Assembly (NCBI GenBank): GCA_963758915.1 | Contig: CAVWXH010000001.1 | Span: 1-62,558 of the forward strand | Reading direction: 5' to 3' | Length of the DNA stretch: 62,558 nt | From: an uncultured Methanomicrobiales archaeon | GTDB taxonomy: Archaea > Halobacteriota > Methanomicrobia > Methanomicrobiales > Methanospirillaceae | In this document: positions 53,366 to 62,295 of the stretch, piece after piece | How positions within the stretch are numbered: the first letter of the stretch is position 1 | How the letters are laid out: every line of letters begins with the position of its first letter | Translations under genes and position numbers: made by a program | The notes under the pieces: model-generated | What the model saw: only the letters and a program-made list of their open reading frames with translations | What the model was told of the DNA's origin: nothing | Databases searched by the model: none

Positions 53366-53381
53366 AGAAAGTGCTACAAAC
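53366..53381 (+). repeat. 16-bp direct repeat AGAAAGTGCTACAAAC, copy 1
   Basis: Identical to 55422-55437; overlaps the GTG start of the first operon gene. Confidence 0.9.
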
Positions 53382-53760
53382 GCTTTTTACCAAAATACAG
53401 CACGTCGGGACCGTGAAACTGTCCGGCGGCATGTTGAGAATAGATGTGAAAATCATACAGGCAGCGATCGCCCGTTCCGATGTATCCCGGCTCACCGTGG
53501 ACCAGGCACGGGTTATCGTCTGGGATATGACACCGGTATGGTCCGGATCCGGAGAACCTGTCGAAGCTGGGCAGGCATGGATCAATGCATCCGGCCGGGC
53601 GGTCATGTACAGTATACACGGCAGGCGGTATATCTCCCCGCTCTCACACATCCGGTCAACAATCGCAGGCTCACGGAAGTTTGCGAACATTTCCACAATT
53701 ACATGGGAGCCAATCGCCCAGGTATCAGAACAGAATGCACCTCTGGCGGTGTCAGCATGA
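53371..53760 (+). CDS. Hypothetical protein, first gene of the island operon
   Basis: 129-aa ORF; TATA-like cttataa upstream; stop overlaps the next start (ATGA). Confidence 0.7.
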   Translation: MLQTLFTKIQHVGTVKLSGGMLRIDVKIIQAAIARSDVSRLTVDQARVIVWDMTPVWSGSGEPVEAGQAWINASGRAVMYSIHGRRYISPLSHIRSTIAGSRKFANISTITWEPIAQVSEQNAPLAVSA

Positions 53761-54011
53761 ACAAAATCCCGGAAAGCGCCGGACTAATGATTTCCTCACT
53801 CTATGAGGAAGCAGCCAACATGCAGAAACAATCCGATCTTCTTAGATACGAAGCTCAGGAACTGCGATACCAGGCAAAGGAGATTGAGAACCAATATGAA
53901 TTTCAGGGTCCCTGTATCGGGTGTCCCCGATATAAGACCTGCTCCCTCTCCGGATCCTGTGGTGCAATGGATCGGTGCAAGATGGCCCGCGAGCTGGCAG
54001 GAGTGGCATAA
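53757..54011 (+). CDS. Small coiled-coil protein with Cys cluster (CxxC...C...C...C)
   Basis: MNKIPES...LRYEAQELRYQAKEIE...PCIGCPRYKTC..SC..MDRC; translationally coupled on both sides. Confidence 0.7.
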   Translation: MNKIPESAGLMISSLYEEAANMQKQSDLLRYEAQELRYQAKEIENQYEFQGPCIGCPRYKTCSLSGSCGAMDRCKMARELAGVA

Positions 54012-54229
54012 TGGCTTTCGTTGTCTATGAAATCGATATGGTGTCGGGGAAAATAGAAAACCCCAACACTTTTTCGACCGAAGAAGAGGCGAGGAATCAC
54101 GCTTTCGATATGGTCGAAGGGTGGCGCGAAGGAACAGACCGGATAGTAATTACAGGAAACATCTACTCCGTTATGACCGCATCCGGACCGCTCGACTTCG
54201 GTGCATTAATTCTTCGGGAGGTGGCGTGA
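54011..54229 (+). CDS. Hypothetical protein
   Basis: MAFVVYE...FSTEEEARNHA; TAATG overlap with upstream gene, SD ggagtgg. Confidence 0.7.
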   Translation: MAFVVYEIDMVSGKIENPNTFSTEEEARNHAFDMVEGWREGTDRIVITGNIYSVMTASGPLDFGALILREVA

Positions 54230-54562
54230 ATGGGTTCACACCCAGCATGGCTGCCATTCCGGCCCATGCATCATCCAATCCTTGCTTCCCGGTGTTCCGA
54301 TTGTTCGCAATACTCCTGCATACGCGAAAGTGGAAAACTTCCCTGTCACCATTGCGAGCGATACAACGGCGATGCCAGGTATGCGATTGACGGGTGCGAT
54401 TTCCCTGCAGGCGCAGAAGTCTGCGAGAACTGCGGTGCGGTCGTCCCAATCGAGGACCATATAACCGGGACAGAAGACCAGGGAGAGCCAGAGCGGGCCG
54501 GGTCCGTGAACTACTTCGCGGGATACAACTGTCCGGCCTGCGGCCATCATGCCGAGGTGTAA
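54230..54562 (+). CDS. Zinc-finger protein (four CxxC pairs)
   Basis: CSDC, CHHC, CENC, CPAC; SD ggaggtgg. Confidence 0.75.
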   Translation: MGSHPAWLPFRPMHHPILASRCSDCSQYSCIRESGKLPCHHCERYNGDARYAIDGCDFPAGAEVCENCGAVVPIEDHITGTEDQGEPERAGSVNYFAGYNCPACGHHAEV

Positions 54563-54772
54563 TGATGGAATACAAAATTTTTGTTAATAGAGGAATAGGG
54601 CCCCCAGCTCATCGCCGAGTGTATCGATCATAGTGCAGCGGTGGATTTCGCCGCAGTATATGCACATAATCATAATATGGGCTGGATGTGGTCGAAAGTG
54701 GCAGCCAATCAGATTGTCATCCGGCCCGGTTTTACGAACGGAAAACCACGTCTCCGGGGTGGTCGGGTATGA
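54562..54772 (+). CDS. Small hypothetical protein, probably with one frameshift near 54603
   Basis: MMEYKIFVNRGIGP then, after a frame change, QLIAECIDHSAAVDFAAVYAHNH...GGRV* whose stop overlaps the next ATG. Confidence 0.45.
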
Positions 54773-55209
54773 CCACCTCAACCCCTCAAACCTTCTGGAC
54801 CGAGGAGGACATTATCAGCCGGTACACCCGGGCCGATGGCCTGCGGGATGGTGAACTGATCGCAGCTCCCGAGGACCTCACCAGGCAGGCGGGGATCTCG
54901 ATCCCGGTCGCAATGACCCGGGCGGTATGGGCCGGGTATGTCAGCCCTCACTACCTCGAAAAGATGCCGGACCAGGACGAGATCGGCCGACTGTGGGATC
55001 TACTCTGGATGCTTCGATCAGCTGCCATGAGATCCAGAGGCAGCAGCGTTATCATATTCCGCGTGGCCTTTGAACTCCTCCGTGAAAAAGCCCGGGCGAG
55101 CGGGATTGTGTATATCCGGGGCGGCGAAATAGTCGAGCTGAAAGCGGTATGCGGTCCCGGTGATGACTGCGAACCAGTCATAACAGTTATGCTCCCTGCA
55201 GAGGACTGA
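54769..55209 (+). CDS. DUF6573-like mobile-element protein
   Basis: ISRYTRADGLRDGELI, PVAMTRAVW, QDEIGRLWDLLWM, LKAVCGPGDDCEPVITVMLPAED. Confidence 0.75.
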   Translation: MTTSTPQTFWTEEDIISRYTRADGLRDGELIAAPEDLTRQAGISIPVAMTRAVWAGYVSPHYLEKMPDQDEIGRLWDLLWMLRSAAMRSRGSSVIIFRVAFELLREKARASGIVYIRGGEIVELKAVCGPGDDCEPVITVMLPAED

Positions 55210-55215
55210 ATAGTA

Positions 55216-55410
55216 ATGGTTAGAGAGGCTAAAACCCCACCTCATAAATTTTATACAACAGATGAAGTGGCCGCGATGCTGCGTCTTCACGTCCAGACCG
55301 TCAGGACTCTGGTTTTAAAAAAGCGTCTTGGAGCGATAAAAATCGGAAAGGAATGGCGGGTTAGTGAAGAGGACCTTAACGAATTTATCAGAGAGAACAG
55401 GAACAAGTAA
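55216..55410 (+). CDS. Excisionase-type helix-turn-helix DNA-binding protein (HTH_17)
   Basis: YTTDEVAAMLRLHVQTVR...LGAIKIGKEWRVSEEDL. Confidence 0.92.
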   Translation: MVREAKTPPHKFYTTDEVAAMLRLHVQTVRTLVLKKRLGAIKIGKEWRVSEEDLNEFIRENRNK

Positions 55411-55421
55411 CTACGGCCGGT

Positions 55422-55437
55422 AGAAAGTGCTACAAAC
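55422..55437 (+). repeat. 16-bp direct repeat AGAAAGTGCTACAAAC, copy 2
   Basis: Identical to 53366-53381; starts 12 nt after the HTH stop and is followed by hairpin aaccgac-cgca-gtcggtt. Confidence 0.9.
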
Positions 55438-55510
55438 AGATAAAACCGACCGCAGTCGGTTAATCTATTGCATCCCTTTTCTTATCAGATTATCTACCAG
55501 GACAAATTTT

Positions 55511-56134
55511 TCCCTGCGGGGCGTCGCACGGTCCGGCCCTGATGGTCCGGCCATCGAGCGCCACCCCTACGGGCTTGTAATACCGGGATCTCATTTGCCT
55601 GCCTGCGCCCACCCGACAGCTCCCGACGGCCTGCGGATGCAGACCGTAACCGGGCTGCCTTCCCGCCCTGTTAGCATCCCCATCCAGAATATATCCTATC
55701 TCTTTAGAGGGCGGTGGGAGCACTCGGAGGTGACACGGTATCAACCGGGTCTGTGCTCCCTCCTTTCATACAGGCTGCAAGTGATAACGGTGAGCAGCCG
55801 ATATTTATTTATGTGTCATTGGGGGCCAAGCGGCCCGAGTGAACGCCGCTATGGGGTGTGAAGGTAACGAGACGTTCTCAAACGGCGAGTCCGAGCCCCA
55901 CATGCGTCGCGTGAACGAGTCACCGAGCGTCTGCACTTGTACGGTACTCAGCGAACGGGACATAAGGCCTCAGCCAGGTGTCCCGAAGTGTGATGGATCA
56001 GGCGATGACAAGGAGCATCGCGACGAAGTCTTGGCCGTCATTGTCACCCCGGTATATTCTGGAGAACCAGGGCATGATGTGAGCGGAGGAGGCCCGGAAC
56101 GAAATGAAGTGAAGTGAGGAAACGAGGGAGCGAA
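55511..56134. repeat. Right arm of a long degenerate inverted repeat (non-coding, hairpin-rich)
   Basis: Reverse-complement counterpart of 52709-53263. Confidence 0.85.
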
Positions 56135-56351
56135 AAATGATGCCCGATACTGTTGTAATAATCTCTTACGGTTTGCCAGGAACAATTAGAGACCGACGGA
56201 TAATTTATGAAAAGTGAAATGTCACAACGAACAGGTATTTTCCAATTGGGAGGTGGCTAACCTCCCGGCTCCCTCTGTGCCCCGAAGGGCAATTACTACT
56301 CTGTTGTAGAGCAGTATCAATATCTACGAAATTGTCGCCCCGGAAAAAAAA

Positions 56352-56534
56352 TTAAGTTGTTGAAGCAAACGAGCTCCACCTCATCCTCCCATTCACCACA
56401 AAGTTACCTGCAGCCCCAACCTTCTCCGAGGTCGCATGAACATACCCGAGTGCCGAGGTATTCCCAATCCCTATCAATGATCGTGACCCTGCAGCAAAGT
56501 TACCATAACCATTACCCGTCGATGAAACATCCAT
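56352..56534 (-). pseudogene. Orphan duplicate of the last 60 codons of the 58012-58769 gene
   Basis: Ungapped alignment with 58012-58194, about 80% nt identity by hand count, stop codon in the same position. Confidence 0.88.
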
Positions 56535-56620
56535 TCAAGTTCTATCTGGTTTATATCAATCAACCAGGTCTTCATAAGAGAACCTAACCTTTATCGTCCA
56601 GACAATCGTTGTAGGTTATA

Positions 56621-57506
56621 ATGGGGAAAATATTCTTAATTTTGCTTCTTCTTGTTTTTATTTCTCTAACGGGTTGTACCACAACCGTTCCAGATATTAC
56701 CGGAAATAACAGTACATTATCTCCAAATAACTCAGTTTTAAAAAATTCAAGCATGGCACAGGAAATTGCAGACAAGGTTATCACCCACGAAGAATCGTAC
56801 AAATTATACTCAACAAACGGAACTATCACCATACTCCGGACCGGTACTCCCCGGTCTTACTCGTTCACGCTCTATGCTCAACGGCCTGATCACTATTACC
56901 TGAGGCTGGGCGAACGCAAATGGGAATATCACCGATATTTTCATCACAACCGGATGGGACGAATATATTATTCATTCATCTTTCAACGAAACCCTGCATT
57001 TTCAAAAAGGTTTTGAACACTCTACAAAATATGATACGCCACGACCCCCACCATCGTATGACCGGGGATATGATATTCTGGAGCTGGTTACTTCTCCCTT
57101 ACGGGAAGGTAGGGATAATATTACCAGGAATCTCTCTGCAGAAGGAGATGGCGAATATTCAGTTGTTTTTTCGGCCGGTTCATTCGACGGGGCACTTCGG
57201 CCCATTATCCACATGACTGTCAACAGTTCGGATTATTCTGTTAAAGAAGTTGCAATCAATGGGCCGGAGAATAATCCTTTGATGGAGATTAGATTTAACG
57301 ATATAGAAACCCCCTCCCAATTCCCGGAATCACGTTTCGAATTGCCCCCTGGATCCGGACCCCTCATCGGCCACGATGTTACGGGATATACACCGCCACT
57401 TTATCCCATATTTGATTCACCACCGGCCGTTATCTACCCCTACCGGATTTCAACTTTTATAACGACCCCCTCCACCCCATCTATGACATCGGTTCCCGGG
57501 GTCTGA
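56621..57506 (+). CDS. Lipoprotein, LolA-like fold possible; several frameshifts
   Basis: Lipobox-like ISLTGC; end piece MEIRFNDIE...FPESRFELPPG; three overlapping ORFs read as one gene. Confidence 0.55.
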
Positions 57507-57558
57507 CAGATATTATCTGATATAAGAATAAATGTAATTTAATCGGGAAATAAAGTCC

Positions 57559-57966
57559 ATGAATCAATATTTGAAATATGTTGGAATAGGATTGCTGATT
57601 ATTTTCATCCTATGGAATATTTTCTTCTCATTTCTTGTATATTCTGGCGGGGGTTGCCCCCCAACGTATGTCGTCCAAAAGATTGGATCCACTTCAGTGG
57701 ACACAGTTTCCATACCAGATAATGGAGTGCATAACAATCCGCAGGATATATCTGAACATCCTGGGTTAGTGGCTGCATTCAACACTGGGAAGTCGATACT
57801 GCTCCCTATCGGCACGCTGGCAGATTTGATACCAGGAAGTTTTTTTGGCTCAAAATATGCAGATACCAGGATTCAGATTTGGGAACGAGGATATCTGGAA
57901 AAATACTATACTACCGTATGGGAATACAACGGCTCTTACTTTAAACTCGTTTCAACGCAATGTTAA
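57559..57966 (+). CDS. Membrane-anchored exported hypothetical protein
   Basis: N-terminal TM helix; DISEHPGL...WEYNGSYFKL. Confidence 0.7.
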   Translation: MNQYLKYVGIGLLIIFILWNIFFSFLVYSGGGCPPTYVVQKIGSTSVDTVSIPDNGVHNNPQDISEHPGLVAAFNTGKSILLPIGTLADLIPGSFFGSKYADTRIQIWERGYLEKYYTTVWEYNGSYFKLVSTQC

Positions 57967-58011
57967 ATGGACATCGATTTTGAATTGGATAAAAAAATAG
58001 ATTTTTAATAA

Positions 58012-58769
58012 TTAGACCGATGAAGCAAACGAGCTCCACCTCGTCCTTCCATTCACTGTGAAGTTCCCACCAGCTCCAACTTTCTCGTTAACAAGATGAA
58101 CATACCCTAGTGCCGTAGTATTCCCAATCCCAATCATTGATCGTGATCCCGCAGCAAAGCTACCGAAACCATTACCCGACGACGAAACATCCATCGCCAG
58201 CGAATCCGGCAGTTCAGTATCACCCTGGCTAATCGCACCGACTGACCGATACGAAAGCGAATCAGTCATGAACATCGTCGAAGTCCCTGCATACTCACAA
58301 TAAGCAGATTTGCTGAAATTAGCCCCCTCCTCATCGAGTGAGTCAGATCCACAAGTCACACCTGAAGTCGGTGACCCGACTGAATAAACCATCAACGACT
58401 CCGAGAGGATCCCGGGCCCCTGGCTGTCCACCTGCTGACTGTAGAGAACTCGAGTGTATCATCCGCCGACAATGACCTCTTACCTGAGTAAGTCCCGGGA
58501 CCGGCTACCAGGACAGATCCTGAATATCCACCTTGCAGGATCTCCTGCCCGATTCCAAGCGGTGGAGTCTTCGAAAGGTCCCCATCTGATGCGGTCCAGG
58601 TCCAATCGGATGAGTGGATAGCATCTGATCACCGGATGCCTGAATTGATACATCGCAAGAAGCAGCCTGGACCGGGGTAATCCCGGATACAAGCCACGCC
58701 GAGCACAACTGCTGCAAATATACAACCGCCGATGACCAACTTTCTCCGCTGGGATAGTCGCTTGATCAT
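58012..58769 (-). CDS. Secreted beta-rich (Ser/Gly/Thr-rich) hypothetical protein, several frameshifts
   Basis: ATG at 58769 overlaps the upstream stop; signal-like MIKRLSQRRKLVIGGCIFAAVVL..PVQAA; pieces join to ORF 58012-58431. Confidence 0.6.
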
Positions 58770-59157
58770 GTCGCCTCCGTCTTTCCCGAGCCCTTGATGA
58801 GCCCGTATTCTATGTCATACCAGGCAGATGGGACCGTGATTGTGTAGGTATCAAGCCTCTCCGCTTCTGCCTCCGCCACCTGCCGGAGAAGGCCCTCCTG
58901 CTCAATCGGCGAGTGGTCGAATGTGAGCCATCTCTTCGTACTGTCGGACATCTTGTAAGACCGGCCCGGGACCTCCGGTGGTGCTGTGGTCACCGTGTCA
59001 TCAGTCGGGTCGAAGTAGCTCAGTACTGGCTTGTAGTCTCTGTGGCAGCGGTAGCTGTTGCCATTGCTGTCGTCGCTTTCCTGTGCTGCACGTACGCGAT
59101 GAACGCCGCAGCGAGCGTAATCAGAATTTCAATGAGGTTGGTTAATTCCGGATCCAT
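58766..59157 (-). CDS. Small membrane-anchored protein, one frameshift near 59025
   Basis: MDPELTNLIEILITLAAAFIAYVQHRK... continues after a frame change as VLSYFDPTDDTVTTAPPEVPGRSYKMSD...YGLIKGSG. Confidence 0.65.
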
Positions 59158-59311
59158 GATATTCTCCTTTTATTTTCTCATGCTCCGCACGCAGGGCCTC
59201 GAACTCCGCACAAATTACTTCATACTTCCCGATTTTCTCGTAAATCAGGAAAAGTGAAGGGTAAAGCGGAAGTAAGACGCCGAGGATAAGGGCCGTAGTT
59301 TCAATATCCAT
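59129..59311 (-). CDS. 60-aa single-TM protein with charged tail
   Basis: SD ggagg, TM helix ALILGVLLPLYPSLFLIY, amphipathic charged C-terminus. Confidence 0.65.
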   Translation of the reverse strand: MDIETTALILGVLLPLYPSLFLIYEKIGKYEVICAEFEALRAEHEKIKGEYHGSGINQPH

Positions 59312-59389
59312 AGTGGACCTCCTCGAACAGGGGAGACCAAGAATAGAAGGAGCAGGGATGATCCGGCTCTCCCGTGTTCAATTAGCGGT

Positions 59390-59903
59390 TCAGGCAAGTG
59401 CGGGCTTTGTGTTAGCCCAGGTGTTCACGCGGGCAACTGACCAACCGCATTGTCCTCGGTCCGAGGATACAGTGACAGTCTTCCGGGTGAACGTGACGGT
59501 ATAATCTTCGCCGTTTGCATCGTGGCAATTCAGCGAAATTGAATACCCTTCGCCTTCAGTATCCTGAATGGGATCCCCACCGATTGCGGTTGCAAGTGCT
59601 GCATTTCCGACAAGTGCTGTTGCAGCTGCGGTATAGCCTGCAACAGTCGATGCCTTTGCAGTCGCAGATACCCATGTTCTTCAGGGTTGTGGGATTTTCA
59701 TAAACCACGCGGATTCCGAATGACTGTGTGCTACGGCTGACACCGGGGTGAGTTACACCGGCGACACTGTGGTCCACGCACTGGAATGCGTTGGTATCGA
59801 TGATACCCTGAACGAGGGTGTTTAACGTCGCTACATCAGCGATCTTGGTCGTAAGAGTACGGACCGACCGCTTGACATTTGCGCTCTGGACAAAATCTGA
59901 CAT
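59390..59903 (-). CDS. Ala/Thr-rich hypothetical protein, frameshifted near 59670 and 59460
   Basis: MSDFVQSANVKRSVRTL... continues in other frames as ASTVAGYTAAATAL...LNCHDANGEDYTVTF...VNTWANTKPALA*; SD aggag. Confidence 0.65.
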
Positions 59904-60178
59904 TTCGTTTTCTCTCCTGCCCCTTTTGGGACGTAAAAAGAGTAGGAAGGGGGATTAGAAAATGAAGGAGGCGAGCGTCACCCTGAAGAAAAATAGAATG
60001 AAGTTTGAGAAATCTAGGGGATTAGTTAGGGTTCGAACACCGCCCCTTCCTGTTCCTCCCATACAGTACGGCCAATACCGATTGCAAAGGAACTGTGTAA
60101 TTAGAAGAAAAAATAACTAGGTTCAATGCCCGGCCCTATTGCAGATTTCTCAAGTAAACAACAAGATTGTCAGTTCGA

Positions 60179-61189
60179 TCAGGTTTTTGGTTTACCCCTG
60201 ATTTCGAAAAACAAAACCTTACTTGTGGATAAAGTAGGGTCCTCTGCGTAAATCAAAAAAGTATCAGGATAAAACTGGTGCTGCGACGTATTCACATCCC
60301 ACGACCACGTCGTGATCCCACATCCCGCTGGTTTTACCGCTACATCCTGGCTGATACCTCCACAACATGGGAAAACCGAACCACCCTCATCGCATGTTTG
60401 ATTCTTCGGACAATGAACAATAGCAGCTGAAGCAATATTCAATGAAATTATCTCCCCGGGTGGTAAATTCGTGGTCCCGTTAAAGGAAATTATGTCTCCA
60501 ATATCATGAACGCTCACGGGACTGATGGTAATCATCGGCTTTTGCACTACAAGAGTAAGGTTGATAACACCCTCCGGACTGGATTTCCGGATCTCTTTTT
60601 CGACAATATTCGCGGCGTCGATTTCTGCCAGATAATTAATCATGACATCCTGGAAATTTATTATCCCGGCCCCGTCATACAGAATCTTGTCATTTTTCTT
60701 ACCGGTGGAACCAATTTTAATATCGTAGGTACCGTCAGATGAAGGGTATTCAAACAGAATCCGGTATGTGCCATTAATCATCTCCGAAGTCTGTTCGCCA
60801 TTCATCGTGAAATTAAATAATTTATCCTGCCGGATGGGAAGTGTGCCAAATGAAGCATAGGTATTACCAAAAATCCAGTACCGTATCATGGAAATATTCT
60901 CACGATCTGCAAATCCCTGGTATGAGAAAGGTTGTCCATTCAATATCGTAAATGAGCCGTTGTTTTCCTGCGGGCATTGCACCGCTATGTCTGAATCGGT
61001 GATTGTATTCGTTGGAGATGTATTCACCGGAATGTATGAGGACGTAATTGTCGGCGAAATGGTGAGTGTCGGAGCAGGTGTCCTAATGTTTCTGTCTGAA
61101 GACGGCTGCGAATTGATACACCCACACGATATGCAAAAAATCAGGACTAAGTAAATTATTGGAAAAATACTATGAATTTTGCTTGTCAT
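60179..61189 (-). CDS. Exported lipoprotein-like protein
   Basis: Hydrophobic signal ending ISCGC, Pro/Thr linker, Ig-like C-terminus (FNGTTNLPPGE...WSWDVNTS). Confidence 0.75.
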   Translation of the reverse strand: MTSKIHSIFPIIYLVLIFCISCGCINSQPSSDRNIRTPAPTLTISPTITSSYIPVNTSPTNTITDSDIAVQCPQENNGSFTILNGQPFSYQGFADRENISMIRYWIFGNTYASFGTLPIRQDKLFNFTMNGEQTSEMINGTYRILFEYPSSDGTYDIKIGSTGKKNDKILYDGAGIINFQDVMINYLAEIDAANIVEKEIRKSSPEGVINLTLVVQKPMITISPVSVHDIGDIISFNGTTNLPPGEIISLNIASAAIVHCPKNQTCDEGGSVFPCCGGISQDVAVKPAGCGITTWSWDVNTSQHQFYPDTFLIYAEDPTLSTSKVLFFEIRGKPKT

Positions 61190-61261
61190 TCGGCTTAATC
61201 CCTTCAAAAAAAAATGTTCTAGTAAAATGAAAGTGACCTCGAACTGCCCCTGATTCATTCA

Positions 61262-62169
61262 TTATTTGCGTAGCGATAATTTTGTATTCAAATGGCTGGG
61301 GGCCATCACACATGCCAGTGCCGATACCCCTGAAAACATAGACTGGGAGAATGTAGTCCGATTTTTTGAAAAAGGTCCGGAATAGTATTCAAGACTTATA
61401 TTGGTAACATTACCATAGGGCACCTCTGGCAGTTCCAAGCTCCTTCGGGTGTAATCAGCGGTATTTCTTTGTACGGCTCGATTTTTGGCCAATGTCCACT
61501 TACACGCAGAATATCTCCTCCTCCCCCTACCATTACAGACATACGGTCATTTACTATTGTCCCATTTAGTTTCCGCATGTAACTGATGACGACCGTTTTG
61601 GAAATTGTTGTGATATTTCCAACCTGGGATTTCTCCTCCGCCATGTCCAATTTGATTAAAAAGGGCATCGTCAGGCAGGAGCCCCGTATTTTTCAAATAT
61701 TCCTCCCCAACTGGGCGGGCCTGATCGTCATCCGGGACAAATTCTGGTGAATCAAGGGGATTTACATCCAGATATCGGGTTGAATTTACATATTCGAAAT
61801 ATCCGGATCCCAGGTCAATGGATAATTCGTGCCGTTCCTGATTGGTACTATTGTATTCCCTGATGATCCAACTGTTATCGTACATCTTCAGGTCACCCGA
61901 TATATTGAATTTCTCTGATAATTCCCCAAGTTTTTCTCCCGGGTCTTCCGGGATCACCCTGTAAACCATCATTGTCCGGGGATATTCCGGAAAGGATGTT
62001 GCCAACCCAACCGGTTCAGGGACCCAGTGGTTTTCTCCGTATGTCGGGACCGGAGTAGCCGGTTTTGAGTCCGTGGTAATGGTGGTATTATTTCCACCGG
62101 GACCTGGTTGCATACATCCGGCCGCAAAAGAAATAGCCCAATCAACAGAACAAAAAATAGTTTCCCCAT
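61262..62169 (-). CDS. Lipoprotein-like protein split by several frameshifts
   Basis: MGKLFFVLLIG...AAGCMQ signal; ORFs 61969-62181, 61547-62113, 61396-61668 and 61262-61492 overlap end to end. Confidence 0.55.
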
Positions 62170-62295
62170 ATTAATTCTCAAAATGATTCGGGAAATGATA
62201 AATCTTGGGTATTATATCATTAAAATTTTATAACTGCGTTAAAAAATGACAATCTGACACACAAGTGGTCGGAAAACTGAGAAATTCTGCTGTGT

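Noticed and set aside
52506-56117. Paralogous ORFs 52506-52880(-) and 55839-56117(+) sharing DEVLAV..TPV...GHDVSGGGPERNE
   Set aside because: Similarity is confined to the inverted-repeat hairpin block, and starts and ends are unrelated; more likely shadow translations, though a peptide is not formally excluded
56352-58194. DGR template/variable repeat pair
   Set aside because: Mismatches involve all four bases on either strand rather than only adenines, many are synonymous, and no reverse transcriptase is in the window
60028-60138. Two T-arm-like GGTTCRA motifs as a possible attR
   Set aside because: Only short, poor matches to the tRNA-Leu 3' end, and the stems do not form
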